Below, one piece after another: positions 53,755 to 64,000 of a stretch of 64,000 nt of DNA. This DNA comes from Azolla caroliniana (lineage: Eukaryota > Plantae > Polypodiophyta). The position numbers were made by a program, and so were the translations under genes. The notes below the pieces were generated by a model that was not told the DNA's origin, did not search any database, and saw only the letters and a program-made list of their open reading frames with translations. How positions within the stretch are numbered: position 1 is the first letter of the stretch; the number at the start of each line of letters is the position of its first letter. The stretch covers positions 15,438,001-15,502,000 of the forward strand of contig JBHGNT010000003.1 of assembly GCA_043228905.1 (NCBI GenBank), given 5' to 3'.

Positions 53755-54465
53755 ACAATAAACTTGATTCAAAAAATAATAACACTCTGTGTATACAAAT
53801 GTCCTATAGAACACTTTTTATACAAGTCCTCAAAAGGATTGACAGAAGTACTAACATGTACTTCAATGCTCATACGAGCGACTGACACTAACTCCAAGAA
53901 ATATGCATACGTATTAGAGCTGAACGGGAGTTAGGTTGGAAGTTGAAGGCTATCCGAACTGACAATGGTGGCGAATGTTAACTCTTCGGGCCGGACAATG
54001 GCCTAACACAGGGTGTCTACGGGAGACACTTCACCAAAGGGTGTTACGGCCACCGGATTAGACTTCAACGCTTAATCCTACTTGGTTAAGTTACTTATTA
54101 TGATCGTCTTTCATAACACACGCGTAAGATATAACAATTATGACAGAACGACAATTAACACAGAGAGATAACAACGCTTAAGCTTTCATTAATTAACCGC
54201 TAACTATTACATTGTATCCGGGCCTTTAAATAGGTTTCCGGTCTGTATTACAAAACGGTGCCATCCGCACCTGTTCGGGATCGGTCCGGATCCGGAATGG
54301 CATATCGTTTCCGGTCCGTCCGTCCACACTCATAGCTTAATTACAACCACATTCCTACTACTTAATTAGCTCTCCGTTTCCCACTCCGGACTCCTTTGCC
54401 GGCCTGTAACACATGGCACGCCCGTGGGACAGTACCTTGTACGTCGAATCCACAACCGACCCTTG

Positions 54466-57237
54466 CTATTCTTCGTCCAAAATGTCCAGAATGCTTTGTT
54501 TGAGAGGCTCCAATGGTTCATCTGGAAGTGGTTGTTGTTGTTGTTGTTGTTGTTGCTCTGTTGCTGTCTGCTGCGGCGGGTCCATTGGTGGTTGCTGCGG
54601 CTGCTCCTCCGTTTGTGGCTCTGACACCGGCGTCTCCGTCGTTGCTCCCTGCGTCGTAGTGGTCTCCGGTTGACTGGTTCCCGGCTGGTCCTCAGCCGGC
54701 GATGGTTCCTCATCACTAAGGTTAACCGTTGCCGCTTCCCGTGCTTTTTCTTCCCGCACCCGGGACCGCTCGTAGCTTTCAAACTGGATTTGAGCGTCCA
54801 ACCTATCATCGTCCAACTGGGCTACGAGCTGCCTGACCTGCGCCAACTGTTCATCTGCCAGGACTTGGAAGTCGTCGGCCAGCTCGTCCCGTATGGTGGT
54901 GAAGTCCTCGGAAGTCAACGTATAACAATCATCTCCTTCCTTCCGCCGGTTTGCCACATCCGCCCGTAGCAACTGGAGTTCCGCCGCGTTTTGTGCCCAC
55001 TTTGTCCACCATTTTACGGAGCTTTCATCAATCAAGTGTTTTGTCTGATTCAGCCATGCCCGGAGGATGGACTGAATCCGGCTCGTTCCCAATTGCGATT
55101 TGGTTTCCGCTGCTTTCCGTTCCTCCTTCAGTTGTTTGATGATTTTGACGTTGTCCTCCACATGCGCCTTGTAATGCGTCAATTGCCTTTGATATGTGCT
55201 TTGTAATTTCTGCAATACTGTTGACACTCTCTCTTTGTCTTTCTGCTGCTGCCTCTGGAGCTCCATCCGGACCTTCTCCGCCTCGTCCAAGCGTCTTGTA
55301 TTTTCCGCTCGTTCGTCGGGGATCGCCGTCGCGGCCCGATCAACTGCCTGCTGGAGCTCGGCCATCCGTTCTTTATGCTCCGTTTCCAGCCGTTTGTAGT
55401 CCCGGTGCAGGTGCTCAAAATCATCCGTCTTTTGCTTGAGCCGTGCGTTGATCTGACGACGGGCCCGGTCCTCGCGGTCCTTCTACTGGCGGAGCTCTTC
55501 CTTTAGCCGTTCAATCTCTGTTTCCGCCGTTTTCCGCAGCTTGTCCTTTTCCTGCAACACTTTGTCTTTCTCCTCCTTTAGCCGGTCGTACGCTTGATGG
55601 CCTTTCCGGAGGCTCTCCTCTGCCCGGCGGAGGTTCTCAGCAGTCTTCTTTAATTCGGCTTCGGCCGCCGTCTTCAATTCTCGTTCACGGCTCCTTAGCG
55701 CTTCTTGTGTGGCAAGTTCCTCTCTCAATTCCGCAAGCTCCTGAGCTTGCGCCGCATCTCTCGTCGGAACGGTTTTCGTTGCCAGGGTCTTATTGCTATG
55801 TACAGGTCGTTCCGTTTCTTTATTCTATACACTTACCGGAGTCACCGGTGATTGGATCCGTATTTTGGCCATCTCTGTCGTGACCTGATCCAAGTCTTTT
55901 TCAAGGCACCGGATTCTGGACCGGGCCGTCTCTAGTTGTTCGGTTGTGACGAGCAACCGTTCGCTTTGCGCTCTTTCTTCCGCCTCAATATACCCCACTG
56001 CTCTGGCTATCTGTTCGCCTATCCACCGGAGCCACAGGCTACCGGTGCCTTGTTGTACTTGCACGGAGGTTTGACAGATGGGCTCACATGTAGAGGGGTG
56101 GTCCCGCCTGGTTGCGCCGAGTTGCAGTTCCGTTTCTGGCCGTGGACCACCCTGCTGTCCTGGTTCCCCTTGCGCTTCTTCTTGGCTAACCGAGGGAGGC
56201 TGCATTGCCCTTTCCGGCTCTGGCGGGATGGGACTTGCCGGTGTTGCCGGTGGTGCCGGGGCTTCTGTTTCCGGTGCCATATGCACTGGTTCCGGTTCCT
56301 TCCTTGGCGTGGGAGTCTCAGTATGGGGAGCGGGTGTTCCCTCCGTTTGAGGGTCCGAACGTTTCCCGGCTGTCTCAACGGTCCTTGCCGACGACCGTCG
56401 CTGGAGGTGCTCCGTAGGCTCCTCCTCTATTTCCTCCTCTTGAGCTCCAACATTGAGTTTTGCCGCCAAGGGGTCCGCTTCTCGATTCACCGGTCGGCGG
56501 AGTGTGACCTTTACGGGCCGTGCCGGTGGTTCCTGCGCCTCCGTTGGGCGCTTCCTGCTGCCGCTTCCTGCTGCCACCTGTTCTGCATCCGCCGCCTTTC
56601 CCTTAGTGGCCTTAGAGGCCAACAACTGTTGCCGTTTGGAAGCCTTCCTTGGGGTGCCGTCTGGCACTCTTCCTCGCTTCTTGGGTTGGACGGTCTGAAC
56701 GGGTGGCACCAGCAAGGTGAGCCACTGCGTTACGGCGTGCCATATCCTTCGTCCGTCTCGGCCTTCTTTGCCGTCTTTGCCTCTGACGATCTCGATCGCC
56801 GCACACAACCCGTCTGCGATCAATACCGGCCAATCCACCTTGATCCCTTCATAGGTGGCGATGATCATCCCTGCCCGGTTCTGCGGCATGACAGGGGGTC
56901 TAGGGTACACGTGGCCGTATTCATGGAGCACACGAGCAATTTCGCGGAACAACATATCTCCGCCGCCCTGTGTCCGGTAGCCCTTGCTGGCTAGAGAGTA
57001 CTCACCAAAATACCTGATGAGTTGCTCCGGGGTTGGATTGTCGATCGTGAGTATGCCTCCCTCCGGAAGGCCTGTTAACGCTCGAATCGCCTCTGCCGTT
57101 ATGACCTCTGTATCGATTTCCTTGATCACTTTGTCGGCTTCTTTGTGTGGCGGTACTTCCATCATCATCAAGAAGCCCTCGAGCCCGTGTTGCTTCAGCC
57201 ATGTCTTGGCGGCTTCCGACAGCGTTTGTGGGTCCAT
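54466..57237 (-). pseudogene. accessory ORF of the Gypsy element (~924 codons, two in-frame TAGs): PMD/Transposase_32-like domain, Pro/Glu-rich linker, long coiled coil, conserved C-terminal domain
   Basis: ORFs 55825-57480, 55483-55728 and 54466-55365 share one frame, with open coding sequence between them. Motifs ITAEAIRALTGLPEGG and GIKVDWPVLIADGL. Confidence 0.75.
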
Positions 57238-57618
57238 CTCTGTGTCGGGGTCGGATTGCGGTGGCGAGGATGGATGGTGATGAGAGTGGGGTTGAGAAAG
57301 AGAGAGTTCAGAAGGCGGGGGTTCTCTGTGCGCAGGTTCTCGTCTGATGATCTTGCAACGTCTTGGTGCTTCTGTGCTCCTGGGTTCGCGAAAGTAGAGG
57401 GTCTCTACGCGCAATGGTTTTTGTCTGTGCATTCTGGCGCCTTTTTCGAGTGTGTGCATGTCGCGTACTTCAAATAGCATTATGTCCTGTGGTGGCGCTT
57501 TAAATGCCCACTACGTACCTTTTCGCTCCACGCTCTTTCATCCATTCATTCCTCGCTTTTGCATGATTGTTTTTATTTATTTATTTTAGTTTTAATTATT
57601 ATTATTATTAGTGTGACG

Positions 57619-60600
57619 TCACTTGTCCGTTGGTCCTCTCGGACCCTTACCGGCCTCATTCTCCCCAGTTACCGGCTCGCCTTCTATGCCGTCTTGGTGG
57701 TTGCCGTTTCCCTCACTGATGTCGGTCCTTCGCTCAAATGGGTTCTTAGGCATCGGTCCTCTATATGCCTTTAACCGGAATCCGTTGACCCATTTGCCTA
57801 GCACTTCGCCAGCAAGTGTCCCTAACTGGTAGGACCCATTATACCTGACATCTTGCCCATCCGGGTTTGGAATACTAACACCGGTTTGCCGATTGCGAAC
57901 ATTTTTTCGTTACCTTTCCTGTGTCGGTCGACAAATGCTTTCCGTCTGCGTTGCTCCAATTCTAAATGTAGGATGCTGGCCAGTCGTTGTTCCTCGAGCT
58001 CACACAGCGCTGTCAACCTTATTGCCTCCGACTCCTTCTCGTTCAACCTTTCCCGTAGCTGGATCCGTAAGCTAGGTACTTGGAATTCTACTGGCATGAC
58101 CGCCTCGAGTCCGAACGCCAACCGGAACGTTGTTGTTCGGATGCTCGTTTTGTATGCCGTCCGGTATGCCCAAAGCGCGCTATGTAGCTTTGTGTCCCAA
58201 TCCGTTCGGTTTTCGTTGACGATCTTCCGGAGGATATTCTGGAGCGTCTTGTTTGTTGATTCCGCTAAACCGTTTGCCTGTGGATAGTAAGGTGTGCTCC
58301 GTTTGTGTACAACGACATAGAAGGTCGTTAGGCTTTCCACTACTTGTCCGAGAAAGTGCCCCCCTTGGTCACTTATCAATTCAATGGGGCATCCGTAACG
58401 GCACCAGATGTACTCATATAGAAACTTTGCCGTTGACGCAGCGGTGTTATCCCGTAAAGCTTTGGCCTCCACCCATTTCGTGCAGTAATCCGTAGCAACG
58501 ATAACGTACTGATTACCCGTTCTCATTGCCGGTGGCTTGAACGGTCCTACAAAGTCCAGCCCCCACTTTTGGAATGGCTCGAGTGGTAGTACCGGCTGGT
58601 GTGGCATACGAGCCTGCTCCGTTGGCTGGCCCATTCTCTGGCATAGGTCACATTCTTTTGCATACCGTACCGCATCTCTTAATGTCATTGGCCACCATAG
58701 GCCACTTTGCCATATTTTTCGTTCTGCTTGGGATAGCTTTCGGCTGGCATAGTACACTGGCCGGTACCACTTTGGCTCCGTAAGCTGCATAAGTACGCTT
58801 CTGATTGCGATGTCGGAGGCGTCCACGAACACGTGAAATTCTTTACTCCAATCCGGAGGTTGTACTACCGGTGCCTGCGACAATAGTACCTTGAGGGCCT
58901 TATACGCCCTATCCTCAGTGTCGTTCCACTGGAATGGTGTCCGATGTACGGCGGCATGCAACGGTGTAGCCAGGTCGGCCAAGTATCGGAGCATCCGGCT
59001 GTGCCACCGGATCTGGCCTAAGAACCGACTTAATGCCTTTGCCGTTGTTGGCGCCGATGCTTCTAATATGGCTTTCACTTTGTCCGGGTCGACTGCAATA
59101 CCTTCCTGGCTCACAATATGTCCTAATAAAGTTCCACTGGACACGCCAAATACACACTTTGCCGGATTCAAGCTTAGCCGGTACGCTCTACACTTTTCTA
59201 GACAAAGACGGAGGTGCTGAAAATGGTCCTCCTCCCGGCTATAGATGGCGAAATCGTCAAGGAAAACCTGCATAAAAGCCGGTATATATTCACCAAAGAT
59301 TTCCATGATGATTCGTTGAAATGTTGCCGGTGCCGTTTTGAGTCCGAACATCATCACCACGGCCACAAAGACCCCCCATTCGGTGACGAATGCCGTTTTC
59401 TCTTGGTCGTCGGGGTGCATCCGGATCTGATTATACCCGCTGAATCCGTTTAAGAAGCTATAGACCTCATGGCCGGCGACGGCATCCAACACTCCATCTG
59501 TGAACGGAAGTGGAAACGCATCCGTTACCGTAGCCGCATTGAGTTTCCGGTAGTCCACGCAAACTCGAATTTTTTCGTTCTTCTTCGGTACGACTACGAT
59601 CGGGCTCAGCCATGTCGCTTTCTTTACCGGACGGATAAAGCCAACTCTTAGCAGTTTGTCGATTTCCTCCCTGACTTTGGCGGCATAATTGGGATTCATC
59701 CGGTACCGTCTTTGTGCCACTGGTTTTGCGTCCTTGCTCAAGTGCACTTGATGCTGGTATAACTGAGGGTCGAGTCCTCGCATATCTTCGTATGACCAGG
59801 CGAACACATCGCGGAATTCCGTGAGAAGTGTTATCATCGCCGTTTTGTCTTCGGACTTCATCTCCTTGGCAATGTGCACCGGTTTTGCTTCGTCCGTGGT
59901 GCCTAGGTTCACCTCTTCCAGTTGCGACGCTTTCACGCGCTGTGAAACGGCCATTTCCCGTTCCAACGCTTCTTGCGCTTGCCGTAACTCCCGGATTGCG
60001 TCTTTATCCGATTCTGCTTCAGCCTCTTCTGGTTGTGGTAAGTATGGTGCTACTGCTTCGGCAATGTCAATTTCGAAGAGGGGTATGATCTTCGGGTTTT
60101 CCTGCAAGTATTGAGCTTCTTCTTCGTCCGCTAACCCTTCTAGCATGTTGACGCATTCCGCATACAACGGTGTACATTCCTTGCCAGTGCTCGTCCTTGG
60201 CTGTGTTGGTACCCGTACCTTGGCTTTTCCTCGCCGGAAGGTAATTATATTTTTTCGCCAATTCTGTTTGATATGTGCCATTTTCAACCATGGCCGCCCC
60301 AGCAATAGCAGGTATGCGCCTTGTGCCTGTAATTGTAGCACTACGGCCGAGATGTGAAATGTATGACCGCCGATGGTGACTTCTAATTTCCGTATTAATC
60401 CTGTCGGCCGCACTGAGCTTGTATCGGCCATCCGCAACCAGAACGGACACGGCTCCCACTCGTGGATTCCTAGGTCATCACACGTCCGGAGGCTTATTAC
60501 ATTCACCCCAGAGCCTCCGTCTATAACTGTGCCGGGGAGTTCTTTCCCTTTCACAATGGCAGTGATTACCGGAGTGCTGGTGTCCACCACCGTTGGTCCC

Positions 60601-62790
60601 TCCTCCGGATTCGAGAAGAGTACCGGTGCCGGTGATGGTTCTCCTGCCGTCATGGCCGTCTTCAGTCCTTCCGTGAATCTTGGCACGAGTTGAGTCTTCC
60701 TAGTGGTAACGTAATCTGGCATTCTTGCAACGCCTGCCATGTCTCGTTCTCGGACTGACTACCGCCGGCAAGCCCTGCGGTGTTCTCCTTTTGCTGCTGT
60801 AAGTCTATGAAATTCTGCTCGTTTGCTTTCTTTACCCATTCCGTTGCTTGTTTCCGGATGGTCTCCTGTGTCTCCCATTCTTTGGCCATGCCCTTCGACC
60901 TTGTGGTCACCTGCTGCAGATCTGACACCTCAGGGACTACCATATTTACCGCCGGTCGTTTTTCATAGCTCTTCACCGGGCATTGGTTACTACAATGGCC
61001 TTCCTGTCGGCAGTAGTAGTAGTAGGCCTTCCGGGTATTGCTAGATTCGGCATTGTCTGTTGTACCCGGGGCAGGTCCTACGGCACGCGCGGGGTTTTGT
61101 ACCGGTTGGCTACTTGGAGCTCCTTGTTCCGGATCCCGGGGGTAGCCGCCTTTTTTAAAATGCCGTTTTTTGTTATAGCTCTTCTTATTACGGTACTCTT
61201 GACGGGGTTGCCCGTTATATCTGCCGTATTCCTCCCGTTGCTGACGATACCCGGGGGAGTGCTCCCGGTCGTAATGTTCGTATCATCTATTGTAATCCTG
61301 GTACCGATCATGCCGGTCATAGTTATCCCGCCGATCACCGTACCGGACATCAATTTCCCGTCGATCGCCATACCGGACATCATTTTCCCATCGCTCGCCA
61401 TACCGGACATCCTGTGCCGGTCGGTCACGGTCCATTCGCCGCCAGCGTTCGTCTTCTTCATCCCGGCTGCTGCGTGGCTCAATTTGTCGGACGGGCGGTG
61501 CTTGCTGATTCAACAGATTATACTCCACCTATCCGTCGTATGGCTCTTGGATTGACAGATTACACATTGCGTCCTCATAGTGCATTCTAGAGCCGAGTGT
61601 TCGGAATTCAAGCAGGTTGTGCACTGTATTGCTTGCCGAAACCGGAGGTCTTCATCGGACGGTAACGCCCGTTGAAGTGCTCCCAGTGTGAGCCAGGAGC
61701 TTGTCTTTTCCATCTCTCTCACCCGGACAATGACCTGGTCGATGGTACTTGTGCGGAAGTCGATTACCGTGCAAACCGTGCGTAGGGGTTCCCGGAGCGC
61801 GTTTAGGAATATAGTCCGTAATTCCTCTTCCGGAGGTGCGCGGGCAAGCTGACTATGCATCCGTTGAAACCGGATGACAAATTGGGGAATGCTCTCCCCT
61901 GCCTCTTGCCGGATGGTATAAAATAAGCCTACCATTACGGTCTGGTCCACCTCCTTTTGAAAAAAATGCAAGAATTTAGCTTTTAAATCTGCAAAGGTGT
62001 TGATGGTAGACGGGTCCTGCGTCCGGCGCCATCTTGCTGCCGGTCCCTCCAATGTGACGCCAAATTCCGCTATCTTAGAGCGTTCTTCTTCCTTCGGTGT
62101 CAATCGCTGGGACACATGGTTGGCTTCCCATGTCTGTTCAAAGGCGTGCACATGAGCTTCCGCGTCCGGATCATCTCTATACTTGGAGTACTGGAACGGC
62201 ATGTCGTCGTCCGGTATCGGTGTGCGGGCTGGTAGTGTTGGTGCTCGTTCCGGAATTTTCTCCAGCGTCGGTGGTCTTTCCCGATTTGTTTCCGGCGTCG
62301 GTTGTTTTTCCTCTTCCTTTGGTGATGGAGGCCTCTCCTCTTCGACTTCCGGTGTCGGAGGTCGTTCTTCCTCTGCTAGTTCCGGGGGTTCCAGCGTTAG
62401 CACTTCCGGTTCCGGTGTTGGTAAAGTATCTGATCCTTCGTCCTCCGGTCCGCCCGGGGTTTCGTTGCTGCTACGGTAGTTCGTGTGCACGCTGTATTCC
62501 CCTTCGGAGTCCGATTCATATGCTGAAAAGGCTTTTGCTTCGCCTTCTCCGTTTGTCAACGCGTGGAGAAGGGATTCGGTTTCCCGGAGGCTGCTTAGGC
62601 TACTGCCGTCGTCCGGGTGCGATGTTTGCTGTAACCAGAGGGAGTCCTCCGCTACTCTCCGGATTACGTTGGAAAACGAGCGATCCGCTCTAATTTCCTG
62701 CGCCGCTTGCTGGAAAGCCTCGCGTCTCCTTTGCCTTTCAGCAAGGCGTCGAGTTCGATCTGTAACCAGGTCGTGCGTTGATCTAGACAT
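57619..62790 (-). pseudogene. Gypsy gag-pol with frameshifts and two internal deletions
   Basis: Retrotransposon gag (IRQEAGESIPQFVIRF) plus zinc knuckles; PR IDGGSGVN; RT FLDDF; INT KWGLDFVGP, ISDQGGHF, YYPQANGLAE. Deletions at ~58720 (RNase H end / INT zinc finger) and ~57843 (GPY/F motif). Confidence 0.9.
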
Positions 62791-63279
62791 CCATCCGTGC
62801 CGTCGTTCGCTGCAAAAGCAGGAATCGTGGTCGCCAAAAACTGTGTTAACTCTTCGAGCTGGACAATGGCCTAACACAGGGTGTCTACGGGAGACACTTC
62901 ACCAAAGGGTGTTACGGTCACCGGATTAGACTTTAACGCTTAATCCTACTTGGTTAAGTTACTTATTATGATCGTCTTTCATAACACACGCGTAAGATAT
63001 AACAATTATGACAGAACGGCAATTAACACAGAGAGATAACAACGCTTAAGCTTTCATTAATTAACTGCTAACTATTACATTGTATCCGGGCCTTTAAATA
63101 GGTTTCCGGTCTGTATTACAAAACGGTGCCATCCGCACCTATTCGGGATCGGTCCGGATCCGGAACGGCATACCGTTTCTGGTCCGTCCGTCCACACTCA
63201 TAGCTTAATTACAACCACATTCTTACTACTTAATTAGCTCTCCGTTTCCCACTCTGGACTCCTTTCCCGGCCGATAACA

Positions 63280-64000
63280 TCACTTTCTGGTATCGCGATG
63301 GGCTCTGCTCTTTGCCGTGTGCTACTTGCTTCCATGATTCAGTGAAACATATCTTCCTTACTTTCGCCGAAATCGTCCAGTAGCTGCACGAGTTCCTCGA
63401 AGTGCTGGTCCGCTAGCGTGCGATAATCCTGTGCTAGGTCCTCGCGTACTGCCACAATGCCTTCCTCATTGAGTTTGTAGAAACCTCGGCCTTCTTTCCT
63501 ACAGTTCTCCCAGTCTGCTCGGTAGGTATGCAACTCCGCCGCTTGTGTTGCCCATGCCATCCAGCCTTTGTCTAGGGCCGCTTGTAATTGCACTATAAAC
63601 CTCTCCCGATTTGTTTGAAGAAGTATGCCCACTTTGTCGGTTATTCCTTGGTAGCGGTTTTGTGCTTCTTCCAGGGTTTTTTTGAGGTTTTCGATTTCTT
63701 GCTTACTAACCGCAACTTCTTCCTCATAATGGTTTTTCATTCCTTCCCATATCTGAGATTCTTTCGAGTGTAATTCCTCTAGTTGGCCCATTTCATTGAC
63801 TATTTCGGCGAAACTTGGCCTCAGTGATATCTTTCCGGACCACAAAGTCGACTCCACGCTCACCCATCACCACGATATCAAACAGGAAGTTCTGTCAATC
63901 TTTCCCTGCCCAGCATAGCATCGAGAATGGCCTTCTCCTACCCACGCTTTAATATTGAAATAGATGCCGCAAGCCACATCCGACTATTCTTGAACGTTTG
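63280..64000 (-). pseudogene. diverged paralog of the accessory ORF C-terminus (part of a second, related element), cut by the LTR at 63279
   Basis: WMAWATQAAELHTYRADWENCRKEG..YKL..E...VREDLAQDYRTLADQ aligns with WTKWAQNAAELQLLRADVANRRKEG..YTL..E...IRDELADDFQVLADE. Confidence 0.75.

Larger units (their letters stand above)
53976..63279 (-). mobile_element. Ty3/Gypsy non-chromovirus (Athila/Tat-like) LTR retrotransposon with an extra 3' ORF
   Basis: 436-bp LTRs at 53976-54411 and 62844-63279 (TGTTA..TAACA, ~15 substitutions); PBS TGGCGACCACG at 62826-62836 (tRNA-Arg-like); gag-PR-RT-RH-INT order; no chromodomain. Confidence 0.92.

Noticed and set aside
55825-55840. GTAAGT splice donor or programmed read-through at the accessory-ORF stops
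   Set aside because: The frame continues with plausible coding sequence after each TAG, and no CARYYA read-through context is present. CAG-to-TAG mutation is the simpler explanation.
54466-57237. Calling the extra ORF an envelope gene
   Set aside because: No signal peptide or hydrophobic transmembrane segment is visible.
49071-62929. Many long + strand ORFs (e.g. 55936-56994, 49333-49968, 60983-61555)
   Set aside because: Antisense shadows of GC-rich retrotransposon coding sequence, with no recognisable motifs.

Overview
Plant nuclear DNA, probably from a seed-free plant such as a fern (inferred from the TE families and TE-filled introns, not verified). Two host genes can be reconstructed on the + strand. 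(1) The 3' part of an AUGMIN subunit 6 gene (AUG6/HAUS6): 9 well-supported exons at 3695-17359, with a ~10-kb intron holding a decayed Copia element and LINE debris. (2) A 9-exon, ~979-aa gene at 21971-27323 with a clear PH domain, a possible second N-terminal PH-like domain and a very long disordered tail. The rest is TE-rich: many copies of one RTE/RTEX-like LINE family, several Copia elements (one very young, 48451-53754, with 595-bp LTRs, TSD ACAAT and a single premature stop), minisatellites and a PPR remnant. A non-chromovirus Gypsy (53976-63279) carries an extra ~924-codon ORF behind pol (PMD/Transposase_32-like N-terminus, coiled coil, unnamed C-terminal domain), and a diverged paralog of that ORF lies at the window end. 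The most intriguing signals are this accessory ORF family and a strong CCGG enrichment shared by the young Copia and the Gypsy. All coordinates, counts and homology calls were made by eye, without searches.
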